Origin: an uncultured Bacilli bacterium
GTDB taxonomy: Bacteria; Bacillota_I; Bacilli_A; RF39; UBA660
Direction: 5' to 3'
Length of the DNA stretch: 38,179 bases
Assembly (NCBI GenBank): GCA_944358225.1
Contig: CALVQP010000001.1
Coordinates: 1-38,179, forward strand
Positions 26,854 to 34,967 of this stretch are shown piece after piece (positions within the stretch are counted from its first letter, which is position 1; each line of letters starts with the position of its first letter). The position numbers and the translations under genes were made by a program. The notes under the pieces were generated by a model. That model did not search any database, was not told the DNA's origin, and saw only the letters and a list, made by a program, of their open reading frames with translations.

Positions 26854-27464
26854 TTATCTAAATTGGGTTTAGAATAAGTACATCCGCAATAATTTTGCCG
26901 ATACAGATTATATTTTTTGGAAAGAATAATGGAGTTTTTATATCCATTTTCTTTTTTAAAATCAGATACTAAAAAGGGAACTTGGTACTCTAAAGCTAAT
27001 CTTTGACCTATTTCATTAAGCTTCTGTGCATTTTTATAGGGACTTACGGAAAGTGTTGTTCCAAAATAATCAAAACCTTGATTTTTAGCCACTTTTGCTG
27101 TATATTCTAATCTCATATAATAACAAACGCTACACCTTGCACCGCCTTCTTTTTCATGCTCTAAGGATTTAACCTTTTTATGAAAAAGATCATTATCATA
27201 ATCTGCATCGATAATACTTACTTTGTTTTTTGTTGGCAAAGTATTTATTAATCTAATTTGTTCTTCTTTTCTTTTTTCATATTCCTCAAATGGTTCTATA
27301 TTGGGATTATAATAAATTACTGTTATATTAAAATAATTACTTAAAATACTAATGACAGTAGAAGAACAAGGCGCACAACAACTGTGAAGCAAAATACTAG
27401 GTGGGTTATCTAAAGATAAGTTACTAATAATTTCTTTCATTTTTTCATTATAATTTATTTTCAT
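26850..27464 (-). CDS. queH: epoxyqueuosine reductase QueH (DUF208)
   Basis: LLHSCCAPCSS, CSVCYYMRL and NYCGC motifs. I prefer the start at 27464 (MKINYNEK), preceded by GTAGGTG and 7 nt after the divIB stop. Confidence 0.85.
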   Translation of the reverse strand: MKINYNEKMKEIISNLSLDNPPSILLHSCCAPCSSTVISILSNYFNITVIYYNPNIEPFEEYEKRKEEQIRLINTLPTKNKVSIIDADYDNDLFHKKVKSLEHEKEGGARCSVCYYMRLEYTAKVAKNQGFDYFGTTLSVSPYKNAQKLNEIGQRLALEYQVPFLVSDFKKENGYKNSIILSKKYNLYRQNYCGCTYSKPNLDN

Positions 27465-27471
27465 AAAACAC

Positions 27472-28185
27472 CTACTCATACTTTTGGAAATAAAAGTTTT
27501 CTTCATTACTACTATCTAAATATAAATTACCTTTTTCATTATTGAGAGTAGAATAAATTTCTTTATAGTGATTTAAATTTTTAATATTTAATAAATTAGC
27601 ATAAACAGTATTAGAATCGTTCATTCTTAAAATAAATCGGGTATCATCAATTATCTCATCATTACTTTTAGAGGGAGAATACTCAATTTCACTAATAAGA
27701 GCAATGACATTAGTATCTACTTTTTGTAAAGATTTAATCAGCTTTTTATAAATTTTATCTGGCACATAATTAATTAAAGTAGGAATACCTTTATAATTTT
27801 GGGAATCATCTATTTCTCGTCCATCATCTAATACTAATTTATTTTTATTTAAATTATAAAAAAGTATTTGTCCTTCCGTAATATTTAAAGTTAATTTTCG
27901 AAAAATATTTCTTTTTATTTTTACCTCACTAATTAAAGGTATTTTTTTTAAATTATTTTTAATCTCATCATTACTGACTTCAAACATTGAAGGATAATTT
28001 TTAATATTAGCTGTTTTTATTATTTCATTATCACTTAAAAGATTATTACCGGTAATATAAATATTTTTAATGGGCATTTTAAAAAAGTAGTAGCATCCAT
28101 ATCCTACTAGAAAAAGAGTTAAAAGAATAATTAAAAATCCTTTAAAACTAAGTTTTTTAACCTTTACTTTTTTCGTTGCAACCAT
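27472..28185 (-). CDS. divIB: cell division protein DivIB/FtsQ (POTRA domain)
   Basis: Basic N-terminus, a single TM helix, then the POTRA-like IKNIYITGNNLLSDNEII. It lies immediately downstream of murG. Confidence 0.8.
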   Translation of the reverse strand: MVATKKVKVKKLSFKGFLIILLTLFLVGYGCYYFFKMPIKNIYITGNNLLSDNEIIKTANIKNYPSMFEVSNDEIKNNLKKIPLISEVKIKRNIFRKLTLNITEGQILFYNLNKNKLVLDDGREIDDSQNYKGIPTLINYVPDKIYKKLIKSLQKVDTNVIALISEIEYSPSKSNDEIIDDTRFILRMNDSNTVYANLLNIKNLNHYKEIYSTLNNEKGNLYLDSSNEENFYFQKYE

Positions 28186-28199
28186 TATTATTTTCCTTT

Positions 28200-29273
28200 T
28201 TAAATATTTTCTTTTATTTTATTATAAATTATTTCGCTACTATTTTTAACTGCAATTTTTTTAATATTATCTTTCATAATTTGCATTTTATTAGGATCAT
28301 TTAAAATACTATTTATTTTTGATTTTATTAATTTACTAGTTAAATCTTTTTCTTCCAGCATTTCTCCAGCATTATTATTCTTAATTGCTAAAGCATTATA
28401 GTATTGATGGTTATTAGCAACATAAGGAGATGGAATATAAATAGCAATTTTTTCTAAAGCCAGTAGTTCACTAATCGTACTAGCTCCCGCTCTTGTAATC
28501 ACAAGATCAGCGCTTTTCATTAAAGCCGATAAATTATCTAAATATGGTAAAACTTTAACGTTTTTAGCAAAAGTTGTATCTTTCACAAAAGCATCATAAT
28601 GACTTTTACCACTAATATATAAAACTTCATAATCATCGTCAAAATTTATTAAATAATCTTTAACTTTTTTATTGATAGCTGAACTTCCTAAGGACCCAGA
28701 AACAAAAACAACTAATTTTTTCCTAGCGTTAAAACCTAGAGTTGTTTTATCAAGTGGGGGAATTTCTAAAGCATTTTCTCCACAAGGATTACCACTATAA
28801 AAAGCCTTAGCTTTTTTAAAATAATGCAAAGTAGATTCAAATGATACCCCAACCAAAGTGTTTTTTTTTGCTAGTAAAATATTAGATTTACCCGGAATAG
28901 AATTTTGTTCGTGAATGAAAGTTTTAATTTTTAGCTTTTGAGCCGCTTTAATAACGGGAAAAGTAACATAACCGCCACAACCTATAACGATATCTGGTTT
29001 AAAATCTTTCATAATTGCTTTACATTTTTTAAAAGCTTTATTAATTAAAAAAATATTTTTAAAATTTCGCTTCATATCTGATTTACTAAAACCGTATATT
29101 TCTAAGGTTTCATATTTTATTTTCCGGCTTGGAACAATATCTTTTTCCATTCTATTGTGTGTACCAATATATAAAACTTCCAAATTCATCTCTTTTTCCT
29201 TAAATTTATTAATAATTGCTAAAGCAGGATAGATATGACCCCCTGTACCTCCAGCACTAACAATAATTTTCAT
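28200..29273 (-). CDS. murG: UDP-N-acetylglucosamine--N-acetylmuramyl-(pentapeptide) pyrophosphoryl-undecaprenol GlcNAc transferase
   Basis: MKIIVSAGGTGGHIYPALAI, the IHEQN motif and the C-terminal GASTISELLAL. Confidence 0.92.
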   Translation of the reverse strand: MKIIVSAGGTGGHIYPALAIINKFKEKEMNLEVLYIGTHNRMEKDIVPSRKIKYETLEIYGFSKSDMKRNFKNIFLINKAFKKCKAIMKDFKPDIVIGCGGYVTFPVIKAAQKLKIKTFIHEQNSIPGKSNILLAKKNTLVGVSFESTLHYFKKAKAFYSGNPCGENALEIPPLDKTTLGFNARKKLVVFVSGSLGSSAINKKVKDYLINFDDDYEVLYISGKSHYDAFVKDTTFAKNVKVLPYLDNLSALMKSADLVITRAGASTISELLALEKIAIYIPSPYVANNHQYYNALAIKNNNAGEMLEEKDLTSKLIKSKINSILNDPNKMQIMKDNIKKIAVKNSSEIIYNKIKENI

Positions 29274-29348
29274 CTAATCACCTTTTTACATTATACTATA
29301 GTTTTTAAAATTTAGCATTTTGTTTACCAATATTTTTTGAGTGCTAGA

Positions 29349-30227
29349 CTACTTTTGACATTTGCCACACATACTGCATCCGTTACAAATAGGCTTAGAT
29401 CCACAAGTAAAACATTTAGGTAAAAACTTTGGTTTGTATAAATCTTTTTTTTCTAACAAATTATTAAACTCATCATATAATTTAAAATTAATCGGTTTTC
29501 TTTCAAAATTAAGATTAGCTAAAAATGCTTGATGCGCTTGGATCTCTTTACTTTTAATAATATATCTTTTATTATCTTTAACAAAATTAGTACCAGTTTC
29601 AATGAAAGTAAATTTTACATTTTCTTTTTGACACTGCTGTGATAAGGATTTTACCCATGCATAATTACATTCTCGAGAACCATCATAATTTTCCCCGCCA
29701 CAAATAACTTGTTCTATTTGTTTTGTTTTTAAATATTTTTCCAAATGAATTTCTTCTAAAAGGGGAGCAGCCATAATTCCTTTATGTTTAGCTTTTATTT
29801 GCAATAAATACTTAAGTCTTTCTTCAGCCCTTTTTTGATTTTCACAAGTAACATGCAAAAAAACATTTTCGTATCCATCATGCCAATCATCTGGTAAGCA
29901 CTGGGCTATTCTATGTGCTCTTTTTGTTAGAATAAAAAATATTACATCAGCTCTTTTTTTAATCATTTGCCACACTTCATTACGCCATAAATCAGCTTCC
30001 TCTAAGAAAAAATCACTTGTCATACATACGCGAATTTGTTCGCCACTTTTAATTTTATATTCGCCATTTCTATTTTTGGCTAGAGGATAACGAAACTTAC
30101 TTTTGGTTTTATAAATTTTACTACCATCCTTATTTGATCTTACTTTATCTAAATAAAACATATAACAATTAAGACAACCTTCACTACATTTACGGCACCC
30201 ATGCCAAGGATTATAAATATCGTGCAT
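29349..30227 (-). CDS. DUF5131 (phage Gp37/Gp68-like) protein with an extra C-terminal Cys cluster
   Basis: The N-terminus NPWHGCRKCSEGCLNCY matches the family signature (WNP..GC...S.GC..CY). The C-terminus is CFTCGSKPICNGCSMCGKC. Confidence 0.7.
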   Translation of the reverse strand: MHDIYNPWHGCRKCSEGCLNCYMFYLDKVRSNKDGSKIYKTKSKFRYPLAKNRNGEYKIKSGEQIRVCMTSDFFLEEADLWRNEVWQMIKKRADVIFFILTKRAHRIAQCLPDDWHDGYENVFLHVTCENQKRAEERLKYLLQIKAKHKGIMAAPLLEEIHLEKYLKTKQIEQVICGGENYDGSRECNYAWVKSLSQQCQKENVKFTFIETGTNFVKDNKRYIIKSKEIQAHQAFLANLNFERKPINFKLYDEFNNLLEKKDLYKPKFLPKCFTCGSKPICNGCSMCGKCQK

Positions 30228-30232
30228 AAAAA

Positions 30233-31162
30233 CTAAAATTTCAAATTAGTATTTCTTAAAAGTTTTCTCTGGGGTCCTAAAAAGTCCCAGTCTTCGTGTT
30301 TAAGCTGGTTATCTTTACCGGTTAAAAAATTAATATAATCGTTATAGTTATAAGGGGTAGTATAAGATACATATCCTAAATTTTCGTAAAATAAAGCATT
30401 GCGAAATGAAAGGGTAAATCCATCTAGATAATCCTTAAAATTTTGTTTGTCTAATTTAATATATCCTGTATTTAAAATTGTTTGCGCCACAGTCTTTCTT
30501 TGCGCATCTTTAACCATATAATATCCTACATCACATAAATAATAATCATAAATGCCAATTAAACTAGCTAAATTATAACGCAGCTTAAAAAATTGTAAAT
30601 AACTTAAATCAACTAAATAATAATTATTGTTTACTTCAATAATATTAAAATAATGAAAGCCATCTCCATTATAAAGATTTGCTTTTTGGCTATAAGCAGG
30701 GTCAATTTTTATTCGATAATTTTTAAGATTTAATTCCTTAGCTTTTAAATATACTATTTTACTAACATAAGTGCATAAATTTTCAAAATCGAATGTTGGC
30801 GAAATATTTTTCTTACAATCTAGCATTTCTGGATATTTTTTAGCGAGCTTTTGTAGTGTACTTTTTATGATATAACCAATTATATCATCAGCGTCAAAAA
30901 AATCATTTCTTTCTTTAAATCTTTGACTATATTTAAAAGAATTATAATAATCAATCATATAACGGATTTTCCGTCCTTTTTCTTTAACAGTTAAAGATTT
31001 AGAAAATAATTTTTCTAATTTAGTTCTTTTTAAATCATACCCAGCTTTAAATAAAACTTCATTTCTAACATTATAAAGCTCTTTAATTTCTCTATAATTT
31101 GAAGTATTAGCAAATTCTCGTTTGATCTTATCAAGTTGGTCAAAATAAATATTTGTATTCAT
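30233..31162 (-). CDS. hypothetical protein, possibly with a transglutaminase-like Cys-His-Asp fold
   Basis: The spacing ENLCTYVSKIV...GDGFHYFNIIEVNNNYYLVDLS resembles the transglutaminase-like core (G.C..f...HaW.ev....w...D). Weak, by eye only. Confidence 0.35.
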   Translation of the reverse strand: MNTNIYFDQLDKIKREFANTSNYREIKELYNVRNEVLFKAGYDLKRTKLEKLFSKSLTVKEKGRKIRYMIDYYNSFKYSQRFKERNDFFDADDIIGYIIKSTLQKLAKKYPEMLDCKKNISPTFDFENLCTYVSKIVYLKAKELNLKNYRIKIDPAYSQKANLYNGDGFHYFNIIEVNNNYYLVDLSYLQFFKLRYNLASLIGIYDYYLCDVGYYMVKDAQRKTVAQTILNTGYIKLDKQNFKDYLDGFTLSFRNALFYENLGYVSYTTPYNYNDYINFLTGKDNQLKHEDWDFLGPQRKLLRNTNLKF

Positions 31163-31201
31163 AAAAAAATCTCCCCTAGTGGAGATATATTAACATAAAA
31201 A

Positions 31202-31432
31202 CTATATTTTTACCAATATTACATCAGCCCCGATTTTAGTTATATTTGCAAATGTAAAAGACAACTCTTTAGTAGGAGCAAACAATCTTTTAAAAAATCG
31301 TCTATGTTCTACGACAAAATAATGTATTTTACCAGTTTCAATATCTACTTTAACATCAACTATTTTACCTAATTTTTTACCATCATCGACATTAACAATT
31401 TCTTTAATTTGTAAGTCGGATAAATTCATCAT
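31202..31432 (-). CDS. ylmC: YlmC/YmxH family sporulation protein (PRC barrel)
   Basis: LSDLQIKEIVNVDDGKKLGKIVDVKVDIETGKIHYFVV and the 76-aa size are typical of the family. Confidence 0.8.
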   Translation of the reverse strand: MMNLSDLQIKEIVNVDDGKKLGKIVDVKVDIETGKIHYFVVEHRRFFKRLFAPTKELSFTFANITKIGADVILVKI

Positions 31433-31452
31433 TACACCTCCTTACATTATAT

Positions 31453-32229
31453 TTATTTAATAAGTCTTTTAACATTATTTATCGCATTTTTTTCGATTCT
31501 AGAAACTTGAGCTTGGGAAATATCTAAATCCTTAGCAATTTCCATTTGGGTTTTTCCAATAATATAACGTTGTAGTAAAATATTTCTTTCTCTTTCTTTA
31601 ATTTGCTTTAAAGCTTTGTTTAAAGAAATTAACATATCCTTATCTTTAGTATTTTCTTTTTTATCGGCAATTTGATCTAAAAGATAAATAGTATCGCCAC
31701 CATCATTGTAAATAGGTTCAAAAATACTCATCGGTTCTCTTAATGAATCTAATGCTGAGGCTATTTCATATTCTTTTATATTTAAAGATGTAGCAATTTC
31801 TTTATTTGTCGGCTCTTTGCCATACAAAGCGATATATTCTTCTTTAAATTTAAGAATCTGATAAGCCAAATCTTTTAGACTACGACTAACTCTAATTGCA
31901 CTGTTATCTCGGACATATCTTTTAATTTCTCCTAGTATTAAAGGAACTGCATAGGTCGAGAACATTACATTATAGCTCATGTCAAAATTATCGATTGCTT
32001 TTACCAAGCCTACACAGCCAATTTGAAATAAATCATCCATATTGTATTTTTGATTATTATACCTTTTTAAAATACTTAAAACCAAACGTAAATTACCTTC
32101 CACTATTTTATCTTTGGCTTGTTTATCACCATTTTGGAATTTAATAAATAATTCTTTTTGTTCTTCATTTGTTAAAACTTTTAAATTACTAGTATTTATT
32201 CCCGTTATTTCTACTTTATAGTTTGCCAT
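31453..32229 (-). CDS. sigG: sporulation sigma factor SigG
   Basis: MANYKVEITGINTSNLKVLTNEE, GNLRLVLS, FEPIYNDGGD and GKTQMEIAKDLDISQAQVSRIEK closely track B. subtilis SigG. I prefer the start at 32229 (GAGGTGG upstream) to the ORF-track start at 32268. Confidence 0.88.
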   Translation of the reverse strand: MANYKVEITGINTSNLKVLTNEEQKELFIKFQNGDKQAKDKIVEGNLRLVLSILKRYNNQKYNMDDLFQIGCVGLVKAIDNFDMSYNVMFSTYAVPLILGEIKRYVRDNSAIRVSRSLKDLAYQILKFKEEYIALYGKEPTNKEIATSLNIKEYEIASALDSLREPMSIFEPIYNDGGDTIYLLDQIADKKENTKDKDMLISLNKALKQIKERERNILLQRYIIGKTQMEIAKDLDISQAQVSRIEKNAINNVKRLIK

Positions 32230-32343
32230 CTTGCGCCACCTCAAGTTATTTATGCGATTTATTGTCATTAATTATTCATTAACTTGATAATTATTTTACA
32301 TTTTTTATAATTTATAATTATTAAATATTTTCTCTAAGAAATA

Positions 32344-32376
32344 TCGACAACGTTTGTAATTTTCTTCTTTTATAAT
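32344..32376 (+). promoter_or_regulatory. candidate spoIIG-type promoter with a Spo0A-box-like -35 region
   Basis: TATAAT at 32371-32376. TCGACA (32344-32349) lies 21 nt upstream, within ATCGACA, which matches the reverse 0A box TTCGACA at 6 of 7 positions. The long spacer resembles the B. subtilis spoIIG promoter architecture. Confidence 0.35.
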
Positions 32377-32392
32377 AGCTTTAGGTGATTTA

Positions 32393-33187
32393 ATGACTAT
32401 ATATATAGATTTAGTATTCTTACTTAATTTCTTTTTCGATCTATTATTATTAATAGGAGTTAAAATTTTACTCAAACGTTCGACGAAATTACTTCGTTTA
32501 ATCTTTGGAGCATTAGTAGGAAGCATAAGTATTTTTTTATTATTTTTAAAAATTAATAGTCTAGAACTTTTTGCTTTTAAAGTTTTAATTAGTTTGCTCA
32601 TGATTTGGTGTGCTTTTTCTTACAAGAACATTCGTTACTTTTTTAAAAATTTTGTTACTCTATATATAGTTAGTGCTGTTTTGGGAGGCTTTTTATATTT
32701 TCTAAATATTAGCTTTTCCTACAAAAATCAAGGTCTAATTTTTTTTCACAATGGTCTTTCGATAAATTTTATTTTCCTAATTATCATAAGTCCTTTCATA
32801 ATATACTTATATGTTAAAGAACATAGACGTTTAAAAAGTGAATATCAAAACTATTACACTGTTAAAATTAATTTTAATCATCACGAATATCTCTTAACTG
32901 GTTATTTAGATACAGGAAACAATTTAATAGACCCGATCACATGCAAAAAAGTTATTTTGATAAATCGCAAAATATTAAATGCTGATCTAAAAAATAAAAG
33001 TCCCATTTTTGTACGTTATAACGCTTTAAATACTAGTGGTATTATCGAATGTTTTAAACCGGAAAAGGTTCAAATAAACAACAATATAATTCCTGATATT
33101 TTATTAGGAATCAGTGATAATGAATTTAAAATGGAAAATATTGATTGTATTTTAAATAACCAAATAAAGGAGCTATTTAATGTTTAA
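32393..33187 (+). CDS. spoIIGA: sigma-E processing peptidase SpoIIGA
   Basis: MTIYIDLVFLLNFFFDLLLLIGVKILLKR, multiple TM helices, and the aspartic protease motif GYLDTGNNLIDP. Confidence 0.9.
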   Translation: MTIYIDLVFLLNFFFDLLLLIGVKILLKRSTKLLRLIFGALVGSISIFLLFLKINSLELFAFKVLISLLMIWCAFSYKNIRYFFKNFVTLYIVSAVLGGFLYFLNISFSYKNQGLIFFHNGLSINFIFLIIISPFIIYLYVKEHRRLKSEYQNYYTVKINFNHHEYLLTGYLDTGNNLIDPITCKKVILINRKILNADLKNKSPIFVRYNALNTSGIIECFKPEKVQINNNIIPDILLGISDNEFKMENIDCILNNQIKELFNV

Positions 33188-33872
33188 AAAATTAAAAGAA
33201 TTAATTCAAAGACTTAAAAGTAAGTATAGTGAAGTATTTTTTGTTGGAAGTACGGATATTTTGCCTCCGCCTCTTTCTAAAGAAGAAGAATTAAATTATA
33301 TTATTAAAGCTCAAGAAGGGGATTTAACAGCTCGAAATAAACTAATTGAACATAATTTAAGATTAGTTGTTTTTTTAGCTAAAAAATATGAAAATACTGG
33401 CTATGACATTGAAGATTTAGTTAGTATTGGTTCAATTGGCCTGATAAAAGGGATTAAAACCTACAAAATTGATAAAAACATCAAACTAGCTACGTATGCC
33501 TCTCGCTGTGTAGCTAATGAAATTTTAATGTTTTTAAGAAAAAACAAACGTCGTAAAGGCGAAATTAGCTTTGAAGATGCGTTAAATTATGATGCCGATG
33601 GAAATGAACTACACTTAGAAGACATTTTAGGAACAGATAATGATATTGTCATCAAAGAATTTGAAGATAAGTTAGATAAACAAGTATTATCCAAGCATTT
33701 AAATGATTTAGATGAAAGAGAAAAACAAATTATGATTTTACGTTATGGTTTAAATAATACTAAAGAATACACTCAAAAAGAAGTAGCCGAAATTTTAGGG
33801 ATATCTCAGTCTTATATTTCACGAATCGAAAAAAAGGTTATTGCTCGTTTACAAAGTATCTTAAAAGTTTAG
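33180..33872 (+). CDS. sigE: sporulation sigma factor SigE (pro-sigma-E)
   Basis: Pro-sequence followed by FVGSTDILPPPLSKEEE, NLRLVVFLAKKY and the region 4 segment YTQKEVAEILGISQSYISRIEKK. The start overlaps the end of spoIIGA, with AAGGAG upstream. Confidence 0.9.
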   Translation: MFKKLKELIQRLKSKYSEVFFVGSTDILPPPLSKEEELNYIIKAQEGDLTARNKLIEHNLRLVVFLAKKYENTGYDIEDLVSIGSIGLIKGIKTYKIDKNIKLATYASRCVANEILMFLRKNKRRKGEISFEDALNYDADGNELHLEDILGTDNDIVIKEFEDKLDKQVLSKHLNDLDEREKQIMILRYGLNNTKEYTQKEVAEILGISQSYISRIEKKVIARLQSILKV

Positions 33873-33883
33873 ATTTACAAAAT

Positions 33884-33912
33884 TTGACAAATAGAATTTT
33901 TTATGTTATGAT
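33884..33912 (+). promoter_or_regulatory. near-consensus sigma-A promoter
   Basis: TTGACA (33884-33889), 17-nt spacer, TATGAT (33907-33912), upstream of the kinase-like gene. Confidence 0.6.
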
Positions 33913-33979
33913 TTAATCACAAGTGGGGGGTTGATTAATTTTAGTTTTATAATCATCTCCCATAAAAGGGGGATTTTTT

Positions 33980-34834
33980 ATGATTATAAATGAAAACAAA
34001 ATGCCAGAATTTAACCAACAGTCTTTACCGCAAGATGTGATTTTAGCTAATGTAGATATTGATAAAAATCATTTGGCTGAAAAACCATTATGGTATGAAA
34101 TAGACGGTAAAATGTATTATTTTAAACCACGTCAAGATGATCGAGCTTTATCAGAATTAATTAATCGTGAATTTTATAAAGTTCAAAATTTATCCTCAGC
34201 CCATTATGCGGCGGCTAAAGTTAACGGGCAAAGTGGTTTATTATCTCAAAATTTTCAAACCAAAGGTAACTTTTATGAAGATATAGATCAATTATATAGA
34301 GCTTATTATATCGATAAAAATAATTATTCTTTACAAAATTTATTGCAACATTTTGCAACAATTTTACCAACTAATGTTTATGATAATATTGAAACTGAAT
34401 TAATTAATTTATATTTATCTGATTATTTTGCTCATCAATTAGATCGTAATCCTCGTAATGTTATGTTAGAAGAAGCTGGTCAAAATATTCATTTAGCTAA
34501 GATATTCGATAGTGAAAAATCATTAGGAATTAAAAAAAGAAGTTTTCAAGATTTAGATAGTAAAAGTTTATGGATTCCTAGTATGCCATATGAAGCCGGT
34601 TTAGAACCAAGTGAAATAGACAATGTTGATATTAATATTATGGGCCTTTTTCTGGACTATCCAGAAAAAGTATCAAGCTTCCTTGATACTTTATTAAAAC
34701 AAGACTATTATAATATTATTAATTCTTTTACTAACCGAAATCAACCTTTGTCACTAACTGAAGAAGATGCCAAACAAATCAAAGAATTATTAGAATATAA
34801 GCAAGAAAAAATATATACTTTAAAAAGAATGTAA
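33980..34834 (+). CDS. protein-kinase-like fold protein (HipA-like / ePK-like catalytic loop)
   Basis: YYFKP (candidate ATP Lys), SELI (candidate Glu), catalytic-loop-like LDRNPRN (DxxPxN, 34442-34459) and KIFDSE (DFG-like Asp). Confidence 0.4.
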   Translation: MIINENKMPEFNQQSLPQDVILANVDIDKNHLAEKPLWYEIDGKMYYFKPRQDDRALSELINREFYKVQNLSSAHYAAAKVNGQSGLLSQNFQTKGNFYEDIDQLYRAYYIDKNNYSLQNLLQHFATILPTNVYDNIETELINLYLSDYFAHQLDRNPRNVMLEEAGQNIHLAKIFDSEKSLGIKKRSFQDLDSKSLWIPSMPYEAGLEPSEIDNVDINIMGLFLDYPEKVSSFLDTLLKQDYYNIINSFTNRNQPLSLTEEDAKQIKELLEYKQEKIYTLKRM

Positions 34835-34840
34835 AATTAA

Positions 34841-34873
34841 AATACCAAGTAGACAAAAACTTGGTATTTTTTT
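34841..34873 (+). terminator. intrinsic terminator
   Basis: AATACCAAGT-AGACAAAA-ACTTGGTATT followed by a T-run. Confidence 0.75.
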
Positions 34874-34967
34874 AGCTTGATATTGCCTTTTAAATAAAAA
34901 TCATGTATTGTATTAATTAGTATTAAAACATCAAGCTAAGTATGTCTATTAGAGGAGATTTATAACA

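Noticed and set aside
32305-32601. 98-aa minus-strand ORF across the sigG/spoIIGA intergenic region.
   Set aside because: It overlaps the well-supported spoIIGA N-terminus on the opposite strand and the shared promoter region. It is Lys/Asn-rich low-complexity sequence.
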